Source: Gemmatimonadota bacterium (lineage in GTDB: Bacteria > Gemmatimonadota > Gemmatimonadetes > Longimicrobiales > RSA9). From it: a DNA stretch of 14,484 nt. The translations under genes and the position numbers were made by a program. The stretch is taken from contig JBBDRO010000067.1 of the NCBI GenBank assembly GCA_040905425.1, positions 87,861-102,344 on the forward strand, in the 5' to 3' direction. The stretch's first letter is position 1; each line of letters starts with the position of its first letter. Below the pieces are notes generated by a model. That model made no database searches. It was not told the DNA's origin and saw only the letters and a list, made by a program, of their open reading frames with translations. Shown here one piece after another: positions 1-9,504 of the stretch.

Positions 1-3
1 CCC

Positions 4-36
4 GGCCCCCGCCGGTTCGCCGGCGGCGCCCTTTTT
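4..36 (+). terminator. Rho-independent terminator of a gene upstream of the window
   Basis: Stem CCGCCGG (9-15), TTCG loop, CCGGCGG (20-26), extendable by GGC/GCC, followed by TTTTT (32-36). Confidence 0.7.
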
Positions 37-168
37 CGTGTCCGGCAACCGCCAGGGTCCGCCCCGGACCGGCCGGTGCCCAACCCCGCATGGAAATTGC
101 TCAACCAGCCTGTCCGGCCGGGCCGCCAGCGGGGCGGTGGGCCGCACACTGCTTCGAGGCGGGCAATC

Positions 169-2523
169 ATGCCGGATGGCAACGATCAGGCGGGCGTGAC
201 GCGGGTGCAGGTGGCGGGCTCCAAACCCCAGGACGTGGGCACGGGCACCGCGCGCCTGGGGCGGCGCACCATGCAGGAGCTGGGTCTCCGTGAGGGGGAC
301 GTGGTGGAGATGGTCGGCAAGCGTACCAGCGGCGCCATCGTGCTGGCGCCCTATGCCGAGGACGAGGGGCTGGAGGTGATCCGCCTGGACGGCCTGCAGC
401 GCACTAACGTGGGCGTGAGCATCGGCGACCATGTGGAGGTGCGGAAGGGCAGCCCCGCGCCGGCGAAGCGCGTCCAGCTGGCTCCCGCCCAGAAGAACCT
501 CCGGCTGGTGGGCTCGGGGGAGATGCTCCGGCGCACCCTCTTTCATCGACCGCTGGCCACCGGGGACATCATTTCCACGTCCATCTACCAGCGGCAAGGC
601 CAGAGTCCACAGGGTGAGCAGGGCAACATCCCCGAGGATCTCTTCCGCATGTTCTATCAGCAGCCTGCCTTCGGCCTCCAGGAGATCCGCCTGCGGGTCA
701 TCACGGCCCAGCCCGAGGGGCTGGTGCAGATCGCGGAGAACACGGAGATCGAACTGCTCCCCGAGTACGTGGAGATGCCGGAGTCACCGCAGGCGGGCAT
801 CACGTACGATGACGTGGGCGGGCTGGGCACCACCATCGACGAGGTGCGCGAGCTCATCGAGCTGCCGCTGAAGCACCCCGAGCTGTTCCAGCGCCTGGGC
901 ATCGACCCGCCCAAGGGCGTCCTCCTGCACGGCCCTCCCGGCACCGGCAAGACGCTGCTGGCGCGGGCGGTGGCCGACGAGGCGGACGCCCACTTCTTCC
1001 ACATCGCCGGCCCCGAAATCATGGGCCGTTACTACGGGGAGTCCGAGGAGCGCCTGCGCGAGGTTTTCGAAAAAGCACAGGAACAGGCCCCCTCCATCAT
1101 CTTCATCGACGAGATCGACTCCATCGCGCCGAAGCGCGAGGATGTTCACGGGGAGGTGGAGCGGCGCGTGGTGGCCCAGCTGCTGACGCTGCTGGACGGC
1201 ATGGAGCCGCGCCAGAACGTGGTGGTGATCGGCGCCACCAACCGGGTGGACGCCATGGACGAGGCGCTGCGGCGGCCGGGGCGCTTCGACCGCGAGATCG
1301 TGGTGGGCGTGCCGGACACCGCGGGGCGGCGCCAGGTGATCGGCATCCACACGCGCGGCATGCCGCTGGAGGCGTCCGTGGACCTGGACGAGCTGGCGCG
1401 CGTGACCTACGGCTTCGTGGGCGCCGACCTCTCGGCGCTGGCGCGCGAGGCGGCCATGGAGACGCTCCGCCGCGTGCTGCCCAAAATCGACATGGACGGG
1501 CATATCCCGGAGGAGGTGCTGGCGGGGCTGCAGGTGACGGGTGAGGACTTCGACAACGCCCTGCGCCGCGTGCAGCCCTCGGCGCTGCGCGAGATCATGA
1601 TCCAGGCGCCCACCGTGTCATGGGACGACGTGGGCGGGCTGGACCGGGCCAAGCGCGAGCTGCGCGAGGGAGTGGAGCTGCCGCTCAGGCACCCGGACGC
1701 CTTCCGGCGGCTGGGCATCCGCCCCGCCAAGGGCTTCCTCCTCTTCGGTCCGCCGGGCACGGGCAAGACGCTGCTGGCCAAGGCGGTGGCCCGGGAGGCG
1801 GAGGCCAACTTCATTGCCGCCAAGTCCTCCGACCTGCTCTCCAAGTGGTACGGCGAGTCGGAAAAGCAGGTGTCGCGCCTCTTCACGCGCGCCCGGCAGG
1901 TGGCGCCCACCGTCATCTTCATCGACGAGATCGACTCACTGGCGCCCGAGCGCGGCGGCAGCCTGGGTGAGCCGGCGGTGACCGAGCGGGTAGTGAACAC
2001 GCTGCTGGCCGAGATGGACGGCCTGGAGGAGTTGAAGGGCGTAGTGGTCATCGCGGCGTCCAACCGGCCTGCCCTCCTCGACCCGGCGCTGCTGCGGCCC
2101 GGTCGCTTCGATGAGCTGGTCTACGTGCCGGTTCCCGAAGCCGAGGGCCGGCGCCACATCCTGGGGATCCACACCTCCGGCATGCCGCTGGGCGAGGACG
2201 TGGAGCTGGACCGCTTCGTGGAGCGCACCGAGGGCTACACGGGCGCCGACCTGGAGGACCTGGTACGGCGGGCGGGACTGCATGCGTTGCGCGCGAATCT
2301 GGAGGTGGAGCAGGTCACCATGGCGGACTTCGAGGCGGCGCTGGGGGACACCCGCGCCTCCGTGACGGAGGAGATGGAGCGGGAGTACGAGCGCCTGGTG
2401 GAGACGCTCAAGAGTGAGAATCCGCGCGGCCGCCCGCGTATTGGCTTTGCCTTCGACGAACAGGAGGACGCGGCGGAGCTGCGGCCGGCGGCCCGGCGGC
2501 GCGAGGCGCCGGCGCACGGATGA
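169..2523 (+). CDS. cdc48: CDC48/p97/VAT family AAA+ ATPase (N domain + D1 + D2), 784 aa
   Basis: N domain (DVGTGTARLG, IRLDGLQRTNVGVSIGD), two Walker A GPPGTGKT, two Walker B (I/V)IFIDEID, pore loops RYYGESE and KWYGESE, two arginine-finger motifs RPGRFD. ATG 169 is preferred over GTG 76 because GAGGCGGG precedes it and the extension is low-complexity. Confidence 0.95.
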   Translation: MPDGNDQAGVTRVQVAGSKPQDVGTGTARLGRRTMQELGLREGDVVEMVGKRTSGAIVLAPYAEDEGLEVIRLDGLQRTNVGVSIGDHVEVRKGSPAPAKRVQLAPAQKNLRLVGSGEMLRRTLFHRPLATGDIISTSIYQRQGQSPQGEQGNIPEDLFRMFYQQPAFGLQEIRLRVITAQPEGLVQIAENTEIELLPEYVEMPESPQAGITYDDVGGLGTTIDEVRELIELPLKHPELFQRLGIDPPKGVLLHGPPGTGKTLLARAVADEADAHFFHIAGPEIMGRYYGESEERLREVFEKAQEQAPSIIFIDEIDSIAPKREDVHGEVERRVVAQLLTLLDGMEPRQNVVVIGATNRVDAMDEALRRPGRFDREIVVGVPDTAGRRQVIGIHTRGMPLEASVDLDELARVTYGFVGADLSALAREAAMETLRRVLPKIDMDGHIPEEVLAGLQVTGEDFDNALRRVQPSALREIMIQAPTVSWDDVGGLDRAKRELREGVELPLRHPDAFRRLGIRPAKGFLLFGPPGTGKTLLAKAVAREAEANFIAAKSSDLLSKWYGESEKQVSRLFTRARQVAPTVIFIDEIDSLAPERGGSLGEPAVTERVVNTLLAEMDGLEELKGVVVIAASNRPALLDPALLRPGRFDELVYVPVPEAEGRRHILGIHTSGMPLGEDVELDRFVERTEGYTGADLEDLVRRAGLHALRANLEVEQVTMADFEAALGDTRASVTEEMEREYERLVETLKSENPRGRPRIGFAFDEQEDAAELRPAARRREAPAHG

Positions 2524-2580
2524 GGTGAACGCGCGACGCGGGAGACGTGATCGGGGACGTCGCTTACAACCGCTGTGGAC

Positions 2581-3886
2581 TCAGGCCGTACGGATCCAGC
2601 GCACCACGTCCCTGAAGCTGGCGCGCTTGCCCGTGGCGAACATGCCGATGCGGTAGATCTTGCCGCCCACCCAGATCATGGCGTACGCCGTGCCGAAGAG
2701 CAGCCCGATGGCGAGCGCCAGCTCCAGCGGCGGCACGCCCGTCATGGCCACGCGCACCGGCATCACGAGCGGTGAGGTGAAGGGGATCAGGCCGCCCACC
2801 ACGGCGATGGTGCTGTCCGGGTTCTCGAGGGCCGTGAACATCATGAAGAAGCCCAGGATGAGCGGCACGACGGCGGGGAAGACCAGTTGCTGCGCCTCCT
2901 GCGCGGTGGTGGCAATGGCGCCCAGGATGGAGTAGACGGTGGCGTAGAGGAAGAAGCCGCCGGCAAAGAAGGTCAGGAAGACCAGCACGGCGGAGAACGG
3001 CAGCGTGGGCAGGATGGGGTTGGCGGCCAGTTCCTGCACCATCTCGTCACTGGCACCGAAGAGGCCGGCCAGCGTGGGGCCGTTGATCACCACCAGCGCC
3101 GCCACGGTGACCCAGATGGTCATCTGCAGCAGGCCCGCGCCGCCGATGCCCACCACCTTACCCAGCATTAGATCCTTGGCGCGCACGGAGCTCATGACCA
3201 GCTCCACGATGCGGTCCCGCTTCTCCTCGACCACGCCGTTCATGATGGCCGCGCCGTAGAGCAGCACCATCAGGTAGATGGCAAAGCCCATGAGCATGCC
3301 CATGATGAGCGCTCCCTCGGCGGAGCCCTGCTCGCCGCGCTCGTCGATGCGGGAGGTACTCAGGCGAACGGGGGCCAGCGCCGCGCCCAGGCGGGCGGGG
3401 TCGATGCCGGCGTCGGCCAGCCGGCTGCCCTGCACCGCCTGCTGGGTGGCCGCGCGGAGCTGGCTCGTGACGCTGGAATTGGTGGCGTTCTTGCCCTCGT
3501 AGATGGCCGCTCCCCCATCGATCAGCCCGGCGGGGAGGTAGAGATAGCCGTCCAGGGAATCCGCGGCCACGCGGGCACGGAGGTCGGCGCGCGCGGCCCC
3601 GGCGCGCACCTCCTCGACGTCCTGGACGGAGGCCTCGTACTCCGCCGCCCGCCGCGGCCCTGCGCCCGCCTGCTCAGCGCTCACCGCCGCCACCACCTGC
3701 GCGCCGATGCCGCGGCCGGTGGCGTCGAGTACCACGAGCGTGTGGTGGCCACCGCCGCCCTGGCTCATGAAAAAGAACTGCACCGCGAAGAAGCCGATCA
3801 TGAGGAGCGGCCCCAGCACCGTGGCCACCAGGAACGTGCGCTTGCCCACGAATTCCGTGAACTCGCGCTTCACCACCACCAGCGCC

Positions 3887-3894
<8 letters not shown>
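2581..3894 (-). CDS. ABC-2 type transporter permease (NatB/YhaP-like), 437 aa
   Basis: Starts MSKALVVVKREF; one N-terminal TM, a large extracytoplasmic loop, the motif VVEEKRDRIVELVMSSV...LMLGKVVG and several C-terminal TMs (IPFTSPLVMPVR). Its start overlaps the ABC ATPase stop by 8 bp. Confidence 0.92.
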
Positions 3895-4861
<967 letters not shown>

Positions 4862-4872
4862 GGCGCCTCGAA

Positions 4873-5253
4873 TCAGTCGGTTGAGCCTGGCGGCCAGGCG
4901 CCGCCGGGCAGGCGGGCGGCCGGGGTCAGGTGCCGCGCCAGCCGGGGGCCCGCCACATAGGTCCAGGCCGGCGTGCCGCGCACCTGGATGCCCACGCGCC
5001 GGAAGAGCCCGGACGCCACGTCCTCGTAGGCGTCCAGCCGCTCCAGCGCGCTGACGGGGCAGCGCCACAGTTCACCCTCCACCGGGCTCTCCCCGTAGAG
5101 CATGAGCACGGGATGGCGGCCCGCCACGTCGTAGAGGATGCCGCCCACCCGGGCGGTGCCCAGGCGCTGGCAGTCGTGCAGCAGGTGCGCCGCACCGCCG
5201 CGTGCCCGCAGCGTGCCGTAGGTGAACAGGTGGAAGTGCGTGTGCCCGATCAC
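4873..5253 (-). CDS. Gamma-glutamylcyclotransferase (GGCT/AIG2-like) family protein, 126 aa
   Basis: N-terminal LFTYGTLR motif, VEGELW, LDAYE (catalytic-type Glu), FRRV and AWTYV. It packs tightly between its neighbours (8 and 11 bp gaps). Confidence 0.88.
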   Translation of the reverse strand: MIGHTHFHLFTYGTLRARGGAAHLLHDCQRLGTARVGGILYDVAGRHPVLMLYGESPVEGELWRCPVSALERLDAYEDVASGLFRRVGIQVRGTPAWTYVAGPRLARHLTPAARLPGGAWPPGSTD

Positions 5254-5261
5254 GTACGCGC

Positions 5262-5522
5262 TCAGCCCCGCCGGATGCGGCCGGGCTCGAGGCCGCCCGC
5301 GTGCAGGATCTTCTCCTCCAGGCGCTCCGCCTGCTCGTCCACGAAGGTCTCGAGCGCGCTCAGCCGCTCGCCGGCCGCGCCGAACGCGTCGGTGGGAAAG
5401 TCGTGGCCCTCCACGTTGACCAGCGCGCCGCGCACGGCATCCAGTTCGCGGCGCGCCTTCTCCACGGCGCGGCGCAGCCGGTTCAGCGCCTTGCGCGCCT
5501 CACTCTCAACGGATAGTGCCAT
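5262..5522 (-). CDS. Hypothetical alpha-helical protein, 86 aa (MALSVESEARKALNRLRR...)
   Basis: C-terminal part of the 5262..6443 ORF. ATG 5522 has GAGGAA upstream, the sequence is amphipathic and helical, and it fills the gap between the Nramp-like and GGCT genes. Confidence 0.8.
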   Translation of the reverse strand: MALSVESEARKALNRLRRAVEKARRELDAVRGALVNVEGHDFPTDAFGAAGERLSALETFVDEQAERLEEKILHAGGLEPGRIRRG

Positions 5523-5596
5523 GGCTTCCTCGGTGTCTGCGTGAATCCCGAATATGCGCCCCGCGCCGGTGCGTGGCCATGGCCACCAGGGTCGAC

Positions 5597-6838
5597 TCAG
5601 GGGCCGAGGGCGCGCCACACCGCCAGCGCGCCGAGCCCCACCGTCGTGAGCACCACGATGCCGCCCAGCACGTTGGCCACCGGGCCGTTGGCGTGCTCGC
5701 CCATGCGCGTGCGGTCGTTGACCGCCAGCAGCAGGAACACCGCGATGGCCGGCAGCAGCACGCCGTTGGCCACCTGGGCAAAGAGGATGGCCGGCACCGG
5801 CTGGATCCCCGTGGCCGCGAAGGCCGCGCCCGCGCCCAGCACCAGCATCCATACGGCGCGCAGCCGCCGGTCGCGCAGGTCGCGCGGCCAGCCCAGCGCG
5901 CCCGCCGTGGCGTAGGCGGCCGCCAGCGGCGCCGTGATGGCGGAGGTGAGCCCGGCGGCCAGGAGCCCGGTGGCAAAGAAGACGCGCGCCCAGGAGCCGA
6001 GCAGCGGCTCGAGCTGGCGCGCCATGTCGTGCGCGCCGGTGATCTGACCCTGCCCCCCCAGCGCGGCCGCGGAGGTGGCCACGATGGCCAGCGTCACCAC
6101 GCCACCCAGCCCGATGGCCACGATCAGGTCCTCCCGGGCGGTGCCCAGGTCCTCCACGCCGCGCCACTTCTCGCGCACCACGGCGGCGTGCAGGAAGAGG
6201 TTGTAGGGGACCACGGTGGTGCCGATCAGGCCTACGGCCACGAGCAGGCCGCGCGGGTCGGCGGGCAGCGCGGGCACGAGGAGACCGCGCAGCACGCCCG
6301 TGGGAGAGGGAGCCAGCAGCAGGGCCGTCGCCAGGAACACCACGGACATGAGGACCACCAGCGCCACCATGACCCGCTCGATGGCGCGGTAGCGGCCGGT
6401 GAAAAGCAGGAGGAACGCCAGGGCGGCAAAGCCGAGCGCCCACAGGCGCGTGTTGCCGCCCAGCGCGCCCTCGGCGCCGAGCGAGGCGCCCATCAGGTTG
6501 CCCATCTCGTACGCCGCGTTGCCGAACGCCACCGCCGTGAGGACCAGCCCCACCGCCACCAGCCGGGCCAGCGGACGCGGGAAGCTGGCGCGCACGGCCT
6601 CGCCGAGCCCCAGGCCGGTGACCAGCCCCAGGCGGGCCGCCATCTCCTGGAGGATCATGGTGGCCACGATCGAGAAGGTGAGCGCCCAGAGCAGCGTGTA
6701 GCCGTAGCTGGCGCCCGCCAGCGTGGCCGTAGTGACCGTGCCCGGCCCGATGAACGCCGCGGCCACCACCGCGCCGGGCCCCACCGTCCGGAAGAAGCCA
6801 CCCCCGCCCGGCTCACCTGTCTTCACGCGTCGCTTCAT
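5597..6838 (-). CDS. Nramp-like (MntH/YcsG-related) membrane transporter, 413 aa
   Basis: GPGAVVAAAFIGPGT, LQEMAARLG, GNAAYEMGN, IGTTVVPYNLFLHA, AQVANGVLLP and many TM segments. ATGA overlap with the upstream gene. Confidence 0.9.
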   Translation of the reverse strand: MKRRVKTGEPGGGGFFRTVGPGAVVAAAFIGPGTVTTATLAGASYGYTLLWALTFSIVATMILQEMAARLGLVTGLGLGEAVRASFPRPLARLVAVGLVLTAVAFGNAAYEMGNLMGASLGAEGALGGNTRLWALGFAALAFLLLFTGRYRAIERVMVALVVLMSVVFLATALLLAPSPTGVLRGLLVPALPADPRGLLVAVGLIGTTVVPYNLFLHAAVVREKWRGVEDLGTAREDLIVAIGLGGVVTLAIVATSAAALGGQGQITGAHDMARQLEPLLGSWARVFFATGLLAAGLTSAITAPLAAAYATAGALGWPRDLRDRRLRAVWMLVLGAGAAFAATGIQPVPAILFAQVANGVLLPAIAVFLLLAVNDRTRMGEHANGPVANVLGGIVVLTTVGLGALAVWRALGP

Positions 6839-7812
6839 GCGCCTGGATCTCCGGGAAAGGGTAAAGCGACGGCGGTCACGTCACCCGACACGCCCTCCAC
6901 GTCCACGTTCACCGGCGGCTCCAGCTGCCGGCGCAGGTAACCGAGCGCGATGGTCTGGCCGTGGCGTGGCGAGCGCACGGCACTCGTGAGGATGCCCACC
7001 GCTTTGCCGGTCTCCGGATGCAGCACGGCCGTGCCCGCCGTGGGCGGCTCCGCCCCCCCCAGGAGGAAGCCGCGCAGGTGCCGGTTCACATGCCCGCGGT
7101 GCAGGATGCGCACGATCACCTCCTGACCCGTGTAGCAGCCCTTGCTGGTGCTGATGGCCGCGTCGAGCAGATCCGCCTCGAGCGGGATCACGGCGTCCGT
7201 CAGCTCGCGGCCCCAGGCGGGGCGGCCGGCTTCCACGCGCAGCACCTCCAGGGTGTCCAGGGTGGCCGCCACCGCGCCGAATTTTGCGAGTTCGGCGCGC
7301 AGGGTGGCACGCCGCGCGGGGCCCACGAGCACGTCCCAACCGGGGTCGCCGGTCCAGCGGGTGTGCAGCGCCAGCGCGCCCGCGGGCAGCTCCACCACCC
7401 GTCCCTCGGCCGCGTCCGCCGGCAGCTCCGTGCCGAGCGCCTCCGCCAGCACGCGGGTGGCCTCGGGGCCGTACACGCCGAGCACCTCCAGCGGGGCATC
7501 CTCCTGCCGCGCGAAAAGGGGCGGCACCGAACGCTTCAGGTGGTCGCGTATGTTGCCGGCGGCCGCCGTGTCCGCCTCCAGCAGCAGATCCTCCGCACGA
7601 CGCACCACCCGCAGGTCCGCCAGCATCTTCCCCTTGGGCGTGAGCATGGCGGCATAGATGGCACTGCCCTCGGGCGCGCCGGCCACGTCGGCGGTCACGA
7701 GCCCCTGTAGCATGCGCAGCGGGTCGCGGCCATAGAGGCGGAGCACCGCGCGGTCCGGGCGCTCCACCACCACCGCGCCCTGGCGGGCCGCATCGTAGGG
7801 GGAGGCGTTCAT
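6835..7812 (-). CDS. ygfZ: YgfZ/GcvT-like folate-binding protein, 325 aa
   Basis: Signature KGCYTGQE, plus LQGLVTADV, LTPKGKMLAD, LRVEAGRP, IPLEA and a GcvT-like C-terminus (GILTS...IALGYL). Confidence 0.88.
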   Translation of the reverse strand: MNASPYDAARQGAVVVERPDRAVLRLYGRDPLRMLQGLVTADVAGAPEGSAIYAAMLTPKGKMLADLRVVRRAEDLLLEADTAAAGNIRDHLKRSVPPLFARQEDAPLEVLGVYGPEATRVLAEALGTELPADAAEGRVVELPAGALALHTRWTGDPGWDVLVGPARRATLRAELAKFGAVAATLDTLEVLRVEAGRPAWGRELTDAVIPLEADLLDAAISTSKGCYTGQEVIVRILHRGHVNRHLRGFLLGGAEPPTAGTAVLHPETGKAVGILTSAVRSPRHGQTIALGYLRRQLEPPVNVDVEGVSGDVTAVALPFPGDPGA

Positions 7813-8654
7813 CCCTCCTCCCGCAGCTTGCGCAGAAGCCGCTCCACGGTAGCCGCGTCCTCGGCCGGCGGCTCCCGCTCCAGGTAGCGGCGCAGCACCC
7901 CGAGCGCCTCGTCCGTGCGCCCGGTGCGCACCAGCAGCATGCCCTGTTCGCGGAGCGCCACGTCCCGTTCGGGGCGCAGGAGGAGGATGCGCTCCACCGC
8001 GGCCAGCGCGCGCTCCTCATCGCGCGCGTTCAGGTAGATGCCCTTCAGGTTGGCCAGCAGCCGGACGAGCATGTCCTTGCGGTCGGCGGGGCGCAGGTAC
8101 TCGGGCTTCAGCCTGACCGTGCCGCCGTAGATGCCGTCCAGGAGCGTCTGCGCCTCGTCCTCGAAGCGGACCTGCCCGTCGTGGAAGGGGTCCACCAGGA
8201 GGCGCAGCGCCTCCCCCTCGTAGCGCACCAGGAAGTGGCCCGGGAAGTTCACACCCTGCAGCGGCAGACCCAGACGCCAGCCCACCTCCAGATAGATCAT
8301 GCTGAGGGTGAGCGGGATGCCCAGGCGGCGATCCAGAACGTCATTCAGGAAGGAGTTGCGCGGGTCGTAGTAGGCGCGGGCGTTGCCGGCAAAGGCCTCC
8401 TCCTCGAAAAGGTAGCGCGAGAGCTCCTGCAGGATCACCGGGGCCGCCGTCTCATCGGCCAGCCGGTCACGCACGCGTTCCGACATCTCCTCCAGGCGCT
8501 GCAGATACGGCTCGGCCCGGAGTTGCGGGTACTCCTCGGCGGCCACCAGCAGCGCCGCCCGTGCCAGATCCAGCTCCGCCTCCGGGCGGGCGGCCTCCGC
8601 GGCAAAGGCCCGCCGCGCATCTCCGCCGCGCGCCTGGTCCGGCCCCGCGCTCAT
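7809..8654 (-). CDS. SirB1 family protein (transglutaminase-like domain + TPR), 281 aa
   Basis: GN..AYYDPRNSFLNDVLDRRLGIPLTLSMIY, GVNFPGHFLV, VDPF, RLLANLKGIY, followed by TPR-like helices. Confidence 0.9.
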   Translation of the reverse strand: MSAGPDQARGGDARRAFAAEAARPEAELDLARAALLVAAEEYPQLRAEPYLQRLEEMSERVRDRLADETAAPVILQELSRYLFEEEAFAGNARAYYDPRNSFLNDVLDRRLGIPLTLSMIYLEVGWRLGLPLQGVNFPGHFLVRYEGEALRLLVDPFHDGQVRFEDEAQTLLDGIYGGTVRLKPEYLRPADRKDMLVRLLANLKGIYLNARDEERALAAVERILLLRPERDVALREQGMLLVRTGRTDEALGVLRRYLEREPPAEDAATVERLLRKLREEG

Positions 8655-8935
8655 CAGATCGGGTGCGCCCTGCCGAACAGCTCGCGCAGGCGATCGTCGT
8701 CGCCGGCCAGCTCCCGGGACACGCCGTGCACGTCGGCCGTGGAGGCGGCGTTGTCCATGTCCGCCTCCTGGAGGGCGGCGCCGTCGTGGGGGATGAAGAC
8801 CACCGTCACCCGGAAGCCCTGCACGCCGGTGCCCTTGCGGGCCACCAGGTTCACGGTGTGGGGCCCGGCGTCCGTGTCCAGGTCGTCGGCCAGCCGGTGC
8901 TCTATCCAGGATTTGCCTTTGGCGAACTTGCTCAT
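8654..8935 (-). CDS. Hypothetical protein, 93 aa
   Basis: Protein-like composition and a TGATG 1-bp overlap with the SirB1 start, indicating translational coupling. Confidence 0.8.
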   Translation of the reverse strand: MSKFAKGKSWIEHRLADDLDTDAGPHTVNLVARKGTGVQGFRVTVVFIPHDGAALQEADMDNAASTADVHGVSRELAGDDDRLRELFGRAHPI

Positions 8936-9005
8936 GCCGTCTGCGTGGTGGGGCCCGTCGGGGGCACGTGGTCCGTCCCGGGCGCCATGCGGGGCCGGGG
9001 CAAGA

Positions 9006-9035
9006 AACCTAAGGGGCGCGGGGAGGCAGGGGCAA
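9006..9035 (-). promoter_or_regulatory. Candidate sigma70 promoter for the minus-strand operon
   Basis: TTGCCC-18 bp-TAGGTT on the minus strand, between the terminator at 9061 and the ATG at 8935. Confidence 0.35.
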
Positions 9036-9060
9036 CGCGCGGTCCCCGGCGCCGCCCGCT

Positions 9061-9099
9061 AAAAAAACCAGGGCCGCCGGAACATTCCGACGGCCCTGG
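9061..9099 (-). terminator. Rho-independent terminator
   Basis: Minus strand CCAGGGCCGTCGGAA-TG-TTCCGGCGGCCCTGG followed by T7, just downstream of the 9123 stop. Confidence 0.9.
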
Positions 9100-9122
9100 C
9101 GTGCGCTGCGAAGCGTGGTGAT

Positions 9123-9416
9123 CTACGCCGCCTCCCGCCCCTCCCGTGAGGACCCGCTGCGGCTCAGGTCCAGCGCGGCGGCCCGTCCACAGCCGTGGCA
9201 GTACAGCACCACCGTGTAGTCGTCATCCGGGGAGGTAGGCGTGACCACGCCCTCCTCCATCCTGCCCGCATCCAGGAAGCAGACCACCTCCACCTGGTCC
9301 GGTCCGCAGCGCGGGCACGGCACGGCCGAGGGGTCTTCCAGATACCCCAACGCCAGGGACATGCCCTCCTCTGTATCGAACTCGGCCGCCTGGCCGCCAT
9401 TCTCGAAATTGATCAT
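9123..9416 (-). CDS. Small acidic putative zinc-ribbon protein, 97 aa
   Basis: Two CxxC pairs (CPRC, CHGC), strong SD GGGAGG (9421-9426) and its own terminator. Confidence 0.82.
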   Translation of the reverse strand: MINFENGGQAAEFDTEEGMSLALGYLEDPSAVPCPRCGPDQVEVVCFLDAGRMEEGVVTPTSPDDDYTVVLYCHGCGRAAALDLSRSGSSREGREAA

Positions 9417-9452
9417 CCACCCTCCCAGTCGAGGTCTTGATACCCCCTGAAG

Positions 9453-9468
9453 AGCAAGGACCGTTCCC
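9453..9468 (-). promoter_or_regulatory. Candidate sigma54 (-24/-12) promoter
   Basis: Minus strand GGGAAC-GGTCC-TTGCT: exact GG-N10-GC spacing with TTGCT, about 35 bp upstream of the zinc-ribbon ATG. Confidence 0.55.
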
Positions 9469-9504
9469 GTATCATCAGTACCCCGGATCCCCTACTTTTG
9501 CGCC

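Noticed and set aside
86..101. Sigma54-like element CCGCATGGAAATTGCT upstream of cdc48
   Set aside because: The -12 TTGCT and spacing fit, but the essential -24 GG is CG, so it is not called.
76..168. 31-aa N-terminal extension of Cdc48 from GTG 76
   Set aside because: Low-complexity sequence with no SD; ATG 169 has an SD-like motif and begins near the N domain.
820..2120. Internal nucleotide similarity between two parts of cdc48
   Set aside because: Explained by the ancient D1/D2 AAA domain duplication.
5573..5586. Perfect 14-bp palindrome GTGGCCATGGCCAC in the short intergenic region
   Set aside because: A single GC-rich instance with no U-tract and no second copy; it cannot be distinguished from chance.
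5516..6940. 474-aa plus-strand ORF and similar long overlapping ORFs (4013..4960, 6881..8020, 8181..9062)
   Set aside because: Antisense or off-frame shadows of well-supported genes, caused by the scarcity of stop codons in high-GC DNA.
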